The notes below the pieces were generated by a model. It was not told the DNA's origin and made no database searches. It worked only from the letters and a program-made list of their open reading frames with translations. 63,535 bases of DNA from the NCBI RefSeq assembly GCF_004010195.1, contig NC_057749.1, positions 26,397,056 through 26,460,590 on the forward strand. The letters are read 5' to 3'. Shown here in pieces: positions 1 to 14,400 of the stretch. A program made the translations under genes and the position numbers. Source of the DNA: Chiloscyllium plagiosum. Taxonomy: Eukaryota. Every line of letters starts with the position of its first letter. The stretch's first letter is position 1.

Positions 1-1300
1 GGGAGTAATCCAGATATTACTACTCTTGAGGACCTCATTTTTAAATTTCTGCCTAACTCTATGTAATCACCCTTCCTATGTCGTTGGTTCCAATGTGGAC
101 AATGACCTCCTGCTGGCCCCTCTCCCCCGTGAGAACATTCTGCACCCTCTCTGAGACATCCTTGATTCTGGCACTAGGAAAGCAACACACCATTCTGTTT
201 TTTCGCTGCTGGCCACAGAAATGTCTGTCTGTGCCTCGGACTGGAGAGTCCCCTAACACAATTGATCTCTTGGAACCTGACGTACCCCTCGTTGCATTAG
301 AGCCAGTCTCAATACCAGAAACTTGGCTGTTCGTGCTACGTTCCCCTGAGAATCCATCACCCCCTTTATTTTCCAAAACATCATACCTGTTTGAAATGGG
401 TATAGCCACAGAAGGCTGCTGCACTAGCTGCCTACCTCTTACCTTTCCTGGAGTTAACCCATCTATCTGACTGTATCTGAGACTTCCCCCCCCCCTTCCT
501 ATAACTGCCATCCATCACATACTGTTGCTGTTGCAAATTCTGCATCACTTCCAACTGTCTCTCCAACCAATCCATTCGATCTGATAAGATTCAGAACCAA
601 CAGCATTTATTGCAGATATAATCTGCAAGTAACCCTTAAACTCTCTTTGAACTCCCACATCTGACAAGAAGCGCATATCTACTAAAGGCCAGTTTTGCTT
701 CTTCACAATCTATAGACCCAGAAAATAACACCGTGTTATTCCTCTAAAAACATTGCTCCAGGTTAAATCAATAGTTATGGCTTATATTTTAAGTTTAATC
801 AAGAGCCATATCTCAAAAAACATATAATCAAGAAAGAACCCACTCTACGCAGTACTGCAGACTTTCTGTAGGTCACTCAAAAACAATACACTTATCTGCT
901 TCTGTGCTGTGAACCTCACCCAAACAGTTCTCCAAGATCAGTTGTGAATTTCACTGTTTGTTAATTTTCCCAGACGCACCCCGATATCCAGCGATACATG
1001 AATTCAAACAGTAAAAGACAGTAACTGTGCAGGTTCACTGCTGTGTCAGTTTCTCTCTCTCTCTCTCCTGCACTTACCTCACCATATGTGCTTCCTTTGT
1101 TTGTTCTTCTCCCTTTTAAAACTGCAGTTGTTTTTACTTTTTTTCCCCAAAGTTCCAAAACAATGCAACATCATATAAAACAGTAATTGCTGCTCCTGAA
1201 ATTTGAGGAAATCGCCTCTAACACCTAAAATACCTCAATAAAGAAGCAGCTGTTACAGCCAGAAATTTTTCCCGTCCTCCATCTTAGATTACCCAGACTC
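1..1300 (-). mobile_element. CR1 LINE 5' region: 5'UTR and ORF1 SGNH-esterase fragment
   Basis: ORF 59-511: IVLGDSPVRG...CCFPSARIKDV...VIVHIGTNDI, the GDS/GxND esterase of CR1 ORF1. Confidence 0.85.
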
Positions 1301-1384
1301 CATCTCTGAAACAGCTGGAATGGGAATGCACAGGTGGCAGGACTCCCAGGCATCTGCTGCCCATGACCTTGTTATTAGTTCATT

Positions 1385-3320
1385 TATCTGGCCTATGGGC
1401 ATCAGTGGCTTGTCCAGCATTTATTGCCTGTTCTTCCTTTCTCTTGAGAAGGTGGCAATGAGCTGCCTTCTTGAGCTGCTATAGTTCATTTGTTGTAAGT
1501 ACACCCATAATGCTGTTAGGGAAGGGAGTTCTAAGATTTTTAACTCAGTGACAGTGAAGGAACAACAATATATTTCCAAGTAAAGGTGATAAGTGGCTTG
1601 AAGGGAAACTTGCACAGGGTGGTGTTCCCATGTACTTGCTCCCTTTGTCCATCTAAACGGAAGTTGTCATGGTTTGGTAGATGCTAAGGAGCCTTAGTAA
1701 ATTTCTGCAGTACATTTTAATGATGGTATACATGCTGTTACAATGTGAAGTGAATGAATGCTTGTGAATGTGATGCCAATAAAGGGTTTTTTGTTCCTGG
1801 ATGGTGTCAAGCTTGAGTGTTTTTGGAGCTGCATCCATCCAAACAAGTGGGGAGTATTCCATCACATTCCTGATTTGTGCCTTGTAGATAGTGGACAGAC
1901 TTTGGGAAATCAGGAAGTGAATTACTTGCTGCAGGGCTCCTAGCCAAAGATGTGCTCTTGTAGTCACTCTATTTATGTGGAGAATCTAATTGAGATTCTG
2001 GTCAATCTAAACTCACAGGATGTTGATAGTGCCATGAATATTTCTTGCCACTTGTCATACCAAACCTGGACATTCTTCAGGATTTTCTACATTTAGAAAT
2101 GGACTGCATCAATATGAGGAGTTGTTAATGGTGCTGAACATTATGTGGTCGTAGAATTCCTACAATATTGAAGCAAGCCATTCAGCCCATTGAGTTAACA
2201 CTGTCCTTGCAAAGAGCATCCCACTCAGACCCAGACCACGCTCCCCCAACCACCCTATCCCTGTAACTCTGCGTTTCCATGATTAATTCACCTAGCTTTC
2301 AAATCCCTGGACGCTATTTAGCATGGCCAATCCACCTAGCCTGCACAACTTTGCACTGTGCGAGGAAACCGGAGCACCTGAAGGAATCCCACACAGACAC
2401 AGGGAGAATGTGCAAATGCCACATATACAGTCGCCCAAAGAATCAAACCCTGGCGTGGTGAGGCAGCAGTGCTAACCACTGAGCCACCGTGCCACATCAA
2501 ATCCCTTATGCAAATCCATGTACAGCAATCAGAAAGTAGTCATCAGTGAACATCATCACTTCTGATCTTATGATGGAGCAGCTAAAGATGGTTGGGCCAA
2601 GCACACTCCCCAGAGGAATTAATGCAAAGTGCCCTGGAGCTGTGATGACTGACCTCCAACAACCACAACTATTTTCCATGTTACCAAGTATGACTCCAAC
2701 CAGTTTGTTGGGGGCTCTTGATGCCACCCTTGGTTAAATGCGGCCTTTATCAGGGCAATTTCTCTCAACTCCCCTGCGGAATTCAGCTCTTTGTCCAGAT
2801 TTGAACCAAGGCTGTAATGAGGTCAGGAGCTGAGGGGCCCTGGCAGAACCCAAACTGGGCATCACTGAGCAGGTTATTACTGAGCAGGTGCTGCTTGACA
2901 GCACTGTTGATGACACCTTCCATCACTTTATTGATGATGGAGGATAGATGAATGGGATGGTCATTGATTGGCTTGGATATGTTCTGCTTTTTATGCACGG
3001 TGGCACAGTGGTTAGCCTCAGGCGACTAACTGTGTGGAGTTTGCACATTCTCCCCGTGTCTGCGTGGGTACTTTATTGATGATGGAGGATAGATGAATGG
3101 GATGGTCATTGATTGGCTTGGATATGTTCTGCTTTTTATGCACAGAATATATCTGTGCAACTTTCCACATTGTCAGGTAGTTGCCAGTGTTGCAGTGTAC
3201 TGGAACATGGGGCCGAAGGGCCTGTTTCCACACTGTAATGTAATGTAATCTAATCTAATCTAATCTAAACTTTCCACATTGTCAGGTAGTTGCCAGTGTT
3301 GCAGTGTACTGGAACATGGC
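1385..3320 (-). mobile_element. Decayed L2/CR1-group LINE 3' part, interrupted by SINEs
   Basis: Minus-strand fragments GSVLGPTIFS, QFGFCQG, IYKAQIRNVMEYSPLVW; related copies at 7375-7925, 33080-33490, 37430-37800. Confidence 0.7.
2150..2495 (-). mobile_element. HE1-type tRNA-derived SINE
   Basis: Reverse complement of the GGCACGGTGGCTCAGTGGTTAGCACTGCTGCCTCAC head and TGTGTGGAGTTTGCACATTCTCCC-like core. Confidence 0.8.
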
Positions 3321-5294
3321 AAATTCTGTAAAAACAAATTGTGTGTAAATTAAGGAGTGGAGCATGGATTTCAAAAGGAAAAATAATGTTTCCTTTACTT
3401 GTTGAATGTTGTACCTGGACTTGCATTAGAAATTTGGTTAAGTGCCACACAATAGACTTGCGAAGGAAGTTAAAAGTCTTGGTATAAAATGGACAAGAGC
3501 AACATGATTACAAAACTGGCTGAGTGATAGGAAACAGAGAGTAACAGTCAATGGATATTTTTCAGGCTGGAGGAAGGTTTGTTGTGGAGTTCTGCAGGGG
3601 TTTTGCTTTAGCTGGATATATAAATGATTTGGATCTTGGCATATGGGGACAACTGCAAAGACTACAGATGACACAAAACTTGGAAAAGCACAGTGCAGAA
3701 TTCCAAAAGACGTTGACAAGTCATTGGAGTGGGCATATAGGTGGTAGATAAAGTTCAATACAGAGAAACTGAGTGATGTATTGTGATGTAAAGCACATAG
3801 AGCAGTAGCAAAATCTGTGCAACAAACTCCCATCAAAGCAGCCTCAGTACCTGATGCACTTGTGGTGAGGTACAAACAGTGCTGCATATTCCTGTGTCAC
3901 ATCGACAGACCAAGTAATGGATTTATCATCTTAAACTCAGCAAATGAAACTACTGCTTGGTTTTAGAGTTATAGAGATCTACCACACAGGAAAAAGGCCC
4001 ATCAGCCCACTGAGTCTGCACCACCAAACAACCACCAAGCTACTCTAAAAGCAGAAACTGCAGCAGTGCTGAAGAACAACCATGAGTGGAATCAAAATGT
4101 TAACTCTGTACTCTCTTTACACATGCTGCCAGACCTTCTGAGTTTCTCCAGCAACTTCTGTTTTTGTTTGCTTCAAATCCAGCATCTCCAGTTCTTTTTT
4201 CTTATTCACTTAACTATTCTAATCCCACTTTCCATCACCTAGCCCATAGATTTGTATGTCCTGACATTGCAAGTGCACATCTAAATACTTCTTAAATGTT
4301 ATGAGGGTTTCTGCCCTACCACCCTTACATAAAGTGAGTTCCAGATTCCCAACATCCTCTGGGTTAAAAAACTTCACTCACATCCCCCCTAAATCTCCTG
4401 TCCCTTAGCTTAAATCTATGCTTCCAGTCATTTACCCCCCACCAAGAGGAAATGTTTCTTTGTCTATGCATCTCAGTCCTGGCCCTCACTTAATACTCTC
4501 TGCTCCAAGGAAAACAACCCAAAATCCAGAGATGTGCAGGTTGGGTGGATTGACCATGCTAAATTACCCAATAGTATCCAGGGTTGTGCAGGCTAGATGG
4601 ATTAACCACTGGAAATGCAGGGTTACACAGATGGGGAGGGATGGGATGCTCTTCGGAGGGTCGGTGTAGACTTAATGGGTCAAACACCCTGCTTCCACAT
4701 GGTGGGGATTCTATAAATCCCAGTTTATCTGATCTCCCTTCATGATTAAAATTCTAAATCTCCGCATCTTCTTCAGCGCCATCACATTCTTCCTATAATA
4801 TGGATTCTAGAACCACACACAATACTGTAACCGTGGTCTAACCAGTGTTTTATATAGTTCCAGCATCATCTCCCTGCTCTTAGACGCTATGCTTCAGCTA
4901 ATAAAGACAAATATCCCATACACCTTTTTAATCACTTTATCTACCTGTCCCACTACTTTTCAAAGGACCAGTGGACATGCACACCAAGGTCCATCAGATC
5001 GTCAAAGCTTCCCAGGGTCCTACCGTTCTTCATGTTTTGGGGATTGTATTTGCTAAATAAATAATAAAATGGAAAATTAGCTCTTCTGGACAGTCCCAAA
5101 TGGCAGACACAGAATTCACTGGCGAAACTCAGCAGATTTGGCAGCATCTGATAAACAGTCATCAGACTTGAAACATTAACTCTACATTCTTCCCATAAAT
5201 GCTGCCAGACCTGCTGAATTTCACCAGTAATTTTTATTTTTGTATCAGATCTCCAACATCTGCAGTTCTTTGTTTTATTTTAAAGCCTGGTTAC

Positions 5295-5406
5295 CTGTGT
5301 TTCGTTGTCGGCTGCTCCTGAGTGATAATTCTGTAGACACATTGACCATCAGGGAGCCTGAAGCCAATTTGAACTTGAAAGGGAAGAGCTGTCTTCTCTT
5401 GAATTT
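5295..5406 (-). CDS. Exon m (112 nt): [37 protein letters not shown]
   Basis: Acceptor tttcctcttcag|AA, donor CAG|gtaacc; FQ.QI.. motif resembling the Sec23/24 beta-sandwich. Confidence 0.9.
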
Positions 5407-8400
5407 CTGAAGAGGAAAGATAATTGAAATCCTGCAAATTCTAACATATCAGAAACATCTCATTGGCTTTTGTGTGTTGTCTTTATTTCAATTAAAATTC
5501 AGACATTAGTTGTTAATCAAATGAACTTAGATCAAACTGAGTTTAGTGGTTCAATTTGCTGCAAACTGTTTCTGGCTAAATGGTAAGATTTATTATTTCT
5601 GAATGAGTTCAGTGTTTTATCATTGCACCTTAGTCATTTCACAGAAGTGTTACATGCCAGAGGATCTTCTTATATAGTATTGTTTGGCTGAATGTTACTT
5701 TTGCAAGCAGCAACAAATTTTTTTGGAGGGTTTTCCACTGCAAGCTCGACCAAGATTTCTTGCCATCTCATACCAAACACATCTCATTATCAACTTGCCT
5801 GACCTCATGGTGTCCCACACATTCAATGCTAGAGCCATCTTACCATGCACCATCCCCAAAACAACCTACCACTCACCAGGTATCCACCAACAGGCCAGCA
5901 ACCCTGACACTCAGATGAGCACCCACATTCCAGACCTGCCCTTCTCGTTCACGGGAGAAGAGGAAGATGGTGCCACAATTCTCTGACAGGGACCTGGAGA
6001 TGCTGAGGGATGTGATGTTGCAAATGAGGGGTGCCCTCTTCCCAGAGAACTGGCAGAGGAAGCCATGACACTAGATCCTAGTCTAATCTGAGTTCACCAC
6101 TCAGACCCATGCCATCTCAATTGTGCCAAGGAATGGGCAGCAGAGGCACAAAGTCAATGACCAGGGTGAGTGCCACCATTTTCTGCCAGGGTAAGTGCCA
6201 CCATTTTCCCTGATCAGATGGACTACACCCCAGAGTTCCGAAGGTCACAGTTGAGAAGATTACAAAGGCATTGGTGGTGATCATTCAGGAATCTGTATAG
6301 TGCAGTACAGGAGAACATGTTTCCATTAGTAGGAGATTCTGGGATTCGAGGGCACAACCTCCGTGAAAAGGACAAGCCTGCAGAACTGAGGCAATGAAGA
6401 ATTTCTTCAGCCAGAGAATGGTGAATCGGTGGAAATCATTGTGGCAGAGGGCTGTGGAGGCTAAGTCATTGAATGTCCTAGATAAGTTCTTGATTAGTAA
6501 GGAGATCAAGCGTCACAGGATACAAGACAACAGAAGAATGGGGTTGAGAAACAAATCAGTCATGATTGAATGGCAAAACAGATTTGATGGGCTGAATGGC
6601 CTTATTCTGCTCCAATATCTTATAGTCTTATGCCTCATTTCATATCTCTACCAGATGAATCATGGATCAATGTCTGTGTTGAGAGGCTGCTGCAGCATCT
6701 CAAAGTAAGAGGAACAAGGTGTATCGAGGAATATCAGTCCCTCCTGAAACCAATGACCACTCATTCTACAACATTCCTGTTCTTTCCCTGGTTGCTATGT
6801 CCAAAAGGTGTTGCTTTGAAAGAGATGTGTAGCAAACACAGCAAGCCAATATATCAGAAGGCCAGGGATTTGGGATCTACAGGTCCAATGTGTGGCTGTG
6901 TGTAATATCATTCCCTTTAAAAAGGCCTCACTTGCCCTGCCCATTCTGAGTGTGGTCACAGCCATTTTCTTCCCATGCTTTCAATTTCCAACATCTCACC
7001 AATGAATTTTTTAAAATGACTATTGTCATTTGGGATTATGGTCAGCATGGACTGGTTGGGCTGAACAGTCTATTTCCCTGCTGTGACTCTTTGTTGATGA
7101 GCAAAGTTGCTTTGCCCAATGTCACCTGCACTCTGTTGAAACCCTTCAGCTGTTAATAAAAAAATCAGAGCTTGAAAAGCAATTTGGTTACCAAGACTTA
7201 CATTGTGATGCTGAGAATGTTAACACCCCATAACACGGAGATCCCCATCTTACTGCAGTCTTTGCTGAGATGTCAAATGTGATCGATTCATCTGCTTTTC
7301 TATAAGATGCAGCAGTCACTAGATGACGGCATTCCCAGGAATCTGACTGATATTCTTTATTCATTTTTTATTTCTTTTTATTCATTTGTGAAACTTGGGC
7401 ATCACTGGCTGGCCAGCACTGATAAACCATCCTTATTTGTCCTTGAGAGGTGAGGGTGAGCTGCCTTCTTGAATCGCTGCAGTCCACTTGCTGTGGGTTG
7501 ACCCATAATGCCGGTAGGGAGGGAATTCCAGGATTTTGACCCGACGACTGTGAAGGAACGGTGGAATATTTCCAAGTCAGGGTGGTGAGTGGCTTGGAGG
7601 GAAACTTGAAAGTGATGGTGTTCCCAAGTACCTGCTCCCCTTGTCCTTCTAGATGGAAGTGGTCGTGGGCTTGGAAGATGCTGTCTGAGGATCTTTGGTG
7701 AATTTCTGCAGTGCATCTTGTAGATAGTACACACTGCTGCTACTGAGCATCAGTGGTGGAGGGATTGAATATTTGTTGGTGTGGTGTCAATCAAACGGGC
7801 TGCTTTGTCCTGGATGGTGTCAAGCTTCTTGAGTTGCACTCATCCAGACAAGTAGGGAGTATTCCATCACACTCCTTGACTTGTGCCTTTTAGATGGCGG
7901 ATAGATTTTGAGGTGTCAGGAGGTGAACAGAAATGTTATTTGCTTGCCTGTTCCATTAAACTTGAGAACTGTCTTTAACTGCACAGGCAAAGAGACAAGG
8001 AAAGAACATAAGACCATAAGACATAGGAGCGGAAGTATGGCCATTCAGTCCATCGAGTCCACTCCGCCATTCAATCATGGCTGATGGGCATTTCAACTCC
8101 ACTTACCCGCTTAGAATTAGAGGGGGTAAATTCTCCCCGTAGCCCTTAATTCCTTGTGACATCAAGAATTTATCAATCTCTGCCTTGAAGACATTTAGCG
8201 TCCCAGCCTCCACTGCACTCTGCAGCAATGAATTCCACAGGCCCACCACTCTCTGAACTCCAATGAATACAATCCCAGTATCCTCAGCCGTTCCTCATAT
8301 GTTAGACCTGTCATTTCAGGGATCATCCGTGTGAATCTCCGCTGGACACGCTTCAGTGCCAGTATGTCCTTCCTGAGGTGTGGGGACCAAAACTATACAC

Positions 8401-11400
8401 AGTACTCCAAATGGGGCCTAACCAGAGCTTTATAAAGTCTCAGTAGCACAACGGTGCTTTTATATTCCAACCCTCTTGAGATAATTGACAACATTGCATT
8501 CGCTTTCTTAATCATGGACTCAACCTGGATGTTTACCTTTCGAGAATTCTCAACTAGCACTCCCAGATCCCTCTGTACTTTGGCTTTACGAATTTTCTCA
8601 CCGTTTAGAAAGTAGTCCATGCTTGTATTCTTTTTTCCAAAGTGGGTTTGCTCGCATTTGCTCACATTGAATTCCATCAGCCATTTCCTGGACCACTCCT
8701 CCAAACTGTCTAGATCCTTCTGCAGCCTCCCCACTTCCTCTGTACTACTTGCTTGTCCACCCAACTTTGTATCATTGGCAAACTTCGCTAGAATGCCCCC
8801 AGTCCCTTCATCCAGATCATTAATATATAATGTGAACAGCTGCGGCCCCAACACTGAACCCTGCGGGACATCGCTTGTCACCGGCTGCCATTCCGAAAAA
8901 CAACCTTTTATCCCAACTCTCTACCTTCTGTCAGACAGCCAATTCTCAATCCATACCAGTAGCTCACCTCGAACACCATGGGCCCTCACCTTGCTCAGCA
9001 ACCTCCCGTGTGGCAACTTATCAAAGGCCATTTGGAAGTCTAGATACACCACTACTGGGTTTCCCAGGTCTAACCTACTTGTCACCTCTTCAAAGAACTC
9101 CAACAGGTTTGTCAGGCACGACCTCCCCTTATTAAATCCATACTGACTTGTTCTAATCCGACCCTGCTCTTCCAAGAATTTAGAAACCTCATCCTTAATG
9201 ATAGATTTTAGAATTTTACCAACAACCGAGGTTAGGCTAATTGGCTTATAATTTTCCATCTTTTGCCTTGATCCTTTCTTGAATAAGGGGGTTACAACAG
9301 CGATCTTCCAATCATCCGGGACTTTCCCTGACTCCAGTGACTTTTGAAAGATCTCAACCAACGCCTCCGCTATTTCCTCAGCCACCTCCCTCAGAACTCT
9401 AGGATGTAACCCATCAGGGCCAGGAGATTTATCAATTTTAAGACTTTTTAGCTTTTCTAGCACTTTCTCTTTTGTAATGGCAACCATACTCAACTCAGCC
9501 CCTGACTCCCTTTAATTGTTGGGATATTACTCATGTTTTCCACTGTAAAGACTGATGCAAAGTACCTATTAAGTTCTCCTGCTATTTCCTTATCTCCCAT
9601 CACTAGGCTTCCAGCATCAGTTTGAAGTGGCCCAATGTGTACTCTTGCCTGTCATTTGTTTCTTATGTATTGAAAGAAACTTTTACTATCATTTCTAATA
9701 TTACTGGCTAGCCTACCTTCATATTTGATCTTGAACATCTGCACAGTGTCCTCAATTTTACCCACAAACTCCTGCCATTTTTGCTCTACTGTCTTCCCTG
9801 CTAGGCTCTGCTTCCAGTCTATTTTCATCAGTTCCTCTCTCATGCCCTCATAATTATCTTTATTTAACTGTAACAAATTACATCTGATTTTGCCATCTCT
9901 CTTTCAACATTGCAGGCAGATGACCATGGATACCAGTCATTATGCAGTAGGTAATATGGCTCTCCTGTTATCACATAGTAAAGATACTCTGTTTACATGC
10001 ATCTCTCCTCACATCCTCATATCGTTGACATTACTTATATATTCCACAGGAGCAAGTAATATCTTATGTGATGTATCCTGCTTAATCAATGCTGCATCCT
10101 GTTAGTTCAAGCTCAGAAAGGTGTGTAAATGTCTTGGTTTGTGCCCTGAAATAATATAAATAGGTGGTCTTGTTGTCTAGAAATGTTCAAAGGCGTTGGC
10201 TCAGTCGCTGAAAGATTTGAAAATATGTGCTTTTGAGTTCTGAAAGTGCATACATTTGATAGTTCAATTCTGAAAGAAACAAACTTATCCAAAAATACAT
10301 CTTGGCACAGTAACTACTCTACAAGAAATGTCAGAGAGTTGTGAAAGCAGCCCTGTCATAAAACAAGCCAGTCTTCCTTCCATTGATTCTGTCTACATTC
10401 CTGCTGCCTTGGGAAAGCAGCCAACATAATCAAAGACTCCTTCCACCCTAGTTATATATTTTTTCACCCTCTTCCGGTCAGGGAGAAGAAAGAAAAATTT
10501 GAAAACATGCACCAATAGATCCAAGAACAGCTCCTTCTTTGCAATTATCAGAATTTTGAATGAACCTCTCAAATATTGAAGTTGATTTTTCTCTCTAGCT
10601 GCAACACTATACTCTGCATTTTGTTCTATTCTCCTGATGTACCTACCCAAGTATGATTTGCTTGGAAAGCACACAAAACGATAAGAAAGGTGATAAGGAC
10701 AAGCCAGGGAACTATAGACCGGTGAGCCTGACCTTGGTGGTGGGCAAGTTATTGGAGGGAATCCTGAGGGACAGGATGTACATGTATTTGGAAAGGCAAG
10801 GACTGATTAGGGATAGTCAACATGGTTTTGTGAGTGGGAAATCATGTCTCACAAACTTGATTGAGTTTTTTGAAGAAGTAACAAAGAAGATTGACGCGGG
10901 CAGAGCGGCAGATGTGATCTATACGGACTTCACTAAGGCGTTCGACAAGATTTCCCATGGGAGACTGATTAGCAAGGTTAGATCTCATGGAATACAGGGA
11001 GAACTCGCCATTTGGATACAGAAATAGCTCAAAGGTAGAAGACAGGGTGGTGGTGGTGGAGGGCTGTTTTTCAGACTGGAAGCCTGTGACCAGTGGCGTG
11101 CCACAAGGATCGGTCCTGGATCCACTTCTTTTCATCATTTATATAAATGATTTGGATGTGAGCATAAGAGGTATAATTAGTAAGTTTGCTGGTGACACCA
11201 AAATTGGAGGTGTAGTGGACAGCGAAGAAGGTTACCTCAGACCTTCCTATCAGAAAGATGTTGTGAAACTTGAAAGGGTTCAGAAAAGATTTACAAGGAT
11301 GTTGCCAGGGTTGGAGGATTTGAGCTAAAGGGAGAGGTTCAATAGGCTAGGGCTGTTTTCCCTGGAGCATTGGATGTTGAGGGGTGACCTTATAGAGGTT

Positions 11401-14400
11401 TATAAAATCATGAGGGGGCATGGATAGGATAAACAGACAGTTTTTTCACTGGACCAGGGAGTCCAGAACTAGAGGGCATAGGTTTCGGTGAGGGGGGAAA
11501 GATATAAAAGAGACCTAAGGGGCAACCTTTTCACTCAGAGGGTAGTACGTGTATGGAATGAGCTGCCAGAGGAAATGGTGGAGGTGAGTACAATTGCAAC
11601 ATTTAAAAGGCATCTGGATGGTATATGAATAGGAAAGGTTTGGAGAGATGTTGGCCAGGTGCTGACAGCTGGGACTACAGTGGTTTATCTGGTTGGCATG
11701 GACGAGTTGGACCGAAGGGTCTGTTTCCGTGCTATACATCTCTAGGACTCTATAATACTTTTCATTGTATCATGGTACATGTGACAATAATAAAGCAAAT
11801 CAAAAAGCTTCAGACACCATAGACAGCATCTGTCACAGACATAAAATTATCCTCATCCTTCTCAGTTGCTTGACCTCTTCAGCCAGGCTTGCAGGGAGAA
11901 GAAGATATCAGACATGAAGCAGAAAGACATGGCGCCTGCAATGAAACAAACCTGGTTGGTTTTCACACCAATGATACTTATCAGAGCTGGCGCAATGAAG
12001 GTGATAAATTCGACAGTGAGGATACTTTGTCCCACTTCATTGCAGCAACGACGTTGCAATCCATCACATCTAATCATCACACTGATGAAAGCGGAATACC
12101 GGGTACTCTGCAGAGCACACTGCAATTCTTGTTAGACTAGGCCACAAAGCTGATGGCTCTAAATATCCCTTGAACAGCCAATTAACTGATACTCACGTTC
12201 AAGCTTTGACTCTTTTATTCCAAATTCAAAGGTGATCTCCATGTCTCTAACCACATTTCCAATGTGTTTCACACTTTTACTGCTCATGTCATCTTCATAT
12301 TTAAAGTACCTTCACAGGACAGAATAGTTAGGGTCAGGAATGGCATAAATTATAAATGAGAAATTAAGAAATAAGTTCTTTCCCACTCAGTCCAATTCTT
12401 GGCCTGGGTCTCCCCCACTCAGTCTGACTCCTGTACTGGGCTATTTACAGCAGTGTCAACCCTCCACAGATTCTTAGGTGGTCAGAAAGCATTTTATAAT
12501 GTTGCCTTTGATTTTCCTTTGGATGAAATGGCTTCAGACGGGGCACAGTGGTATCAGAAGAACCAAGGGTAGCCTCTAGCACACCACAATATAGACAGTC
12601 CTCAGCCTGAATGTGTTGTGATCAGGACATACATGAGGCCAGAGACACAGGTACAGCGGGAGCAGCTGGGGTAGGGATGGCCATAAGACCAGCGCCTGTG
12701 GGAATGATGCCTTGAAATTAAGCAAATCCAGGGACATATAAGATGTGAGAGGACTGTTGAGGATAAACCATGTGGCTGCTATGCCACAGGATTTTACATG
12801 TACCAATTATGAATTTCTGAATGGGCAACAGAATTTGAATTGAGTTGAATACAATAAAAGAATAGAATAAGGTATCACCCCAGTAATCATTCTTACAGTT
12901 GCTAGATGTATAAGGAACAAATTGAAATAACTGAAGCAGCAGTTTGAGCTATGAGCTACTACTGAGACATGGCTGAAGACAGTGGGAATCGGAACAGAGT
13001 GTAGAGCCCACAGCAAAAATGGTAGAGGAAAGACGTATTGACTAATAAGCATGAAGTTACTTCAACAATGGAAGGATAGCAACAGTTAAGTAGTCAGGCG
13101 ATTCTTTTGAGTAAAAAGAAGAAACTGATAATTAAAACTGAAGGTCACCACAGACAAATTGTGAGGTGACAGACTGTACATGAAGGCAGCAAAGCTACTG
13201 TTTTGTTCAAAATGGCTCTGAAGCAGGGTCACTGGAGTTAAAGTGTTAATTTTTTCCCTTCACTGATGCTGCCAGTCCTGCTGAGTTTCTCCAGCAATCT
13301 GTGAAGGGAAAACGTTTTTGTTTGTTCCAGATCTCTAGCATCTGTGGTTTTTGTTTTGTTTTACTTCAAAGCAGACTGGTTGCAGAAGACTTTAATTTTC
13401 ACTTTGATTTAGAAAAATAGACTAGCACTTTAGAAAGTTAGTGAATTCCTTGAACATATCCAAGACAGTTTTCTGCAGCACTAAATCCTGGAAGGACCAA
13501 GTAAGCATTCCATACAAGACTTAGCAATGAGCCAGAATGAACAAACCACCTAATGATGCACAAGCAGTAGTCAAATATGACGGTGTGAGAAAATGTATAC
13601 AAATGGATATAGTTACTAAAATACTGCACCTGATTTAGAATGGATAACTTCAATGTAGAGATTATCCTTAGTAAATCAGTCATGTTTGTTAATGGGTAAA
13701 ATGGAAAGCAGACAGTGAGGGATGCTCAAACAAAATTTACATTGATGCAGAAATAGTTTACATCCCTCAAGGAGAAGAGCTCTATATGCTAAAAATACGA
13801 CCACTGAAAATTAACCAAATATGTAAGTGACAGACATGAAACTTAAAGAAAAATATGAAAATGCAAAAACAAAATACACATATCCCATCATATGAGAATA
13901 TAACAAATAATCAGAAAGGTGCAACAGCAGAAACTACAAAAAAAGTGGAATAAGAAACTAGAAACTCAAAAATCAACAATAAAATTTACAACTATATTGT
14001 GAAAGGGCGATAAGTAGGGAACAAGGTGGGCCCTGGGAAAATTAATAATAGTCATAACATTAATTAAATTACTAACATGGAGGGCACTCTAAATAACAAT
14101 GTTGCACATGTCTTTACAGGAGAGGCAAGGTCAGCATTCTGGAAACCCCAAGGAAACGAAGATTGAATCAGGCATAAAGACGCAACCTAACAAACATAAT
14201 CAAGGTAACAATAATTAAGAAAATAATTTCAATTAAGGAGTGACAAATCCTTAAGGATTAGACAGTTTCCGTTGGCAAAATTAGGGGAATTCGGTGATAA
14301 TATATATTTGCCTCAACTACAATCTGTTTAAGTTCTCTAAATTTCACAAATCACTCTAATATTTAACAAAGGATGAAGGAGTAAACCAGACAATTATCAA

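Noticed and set aside
3790..3960. Candidate next exon after exon m
   Set aside because: No phase-compatible exon with convincing family-like sequence; the next exon probably lies left of the window
8393..9493. Long RT ORFs here and at 35682-37299 as active retrotransposon or host genes
   Set aside because: Frameshifted, truncated CR1 copies with a mutated catalytic motif (FAND rather than FADD)
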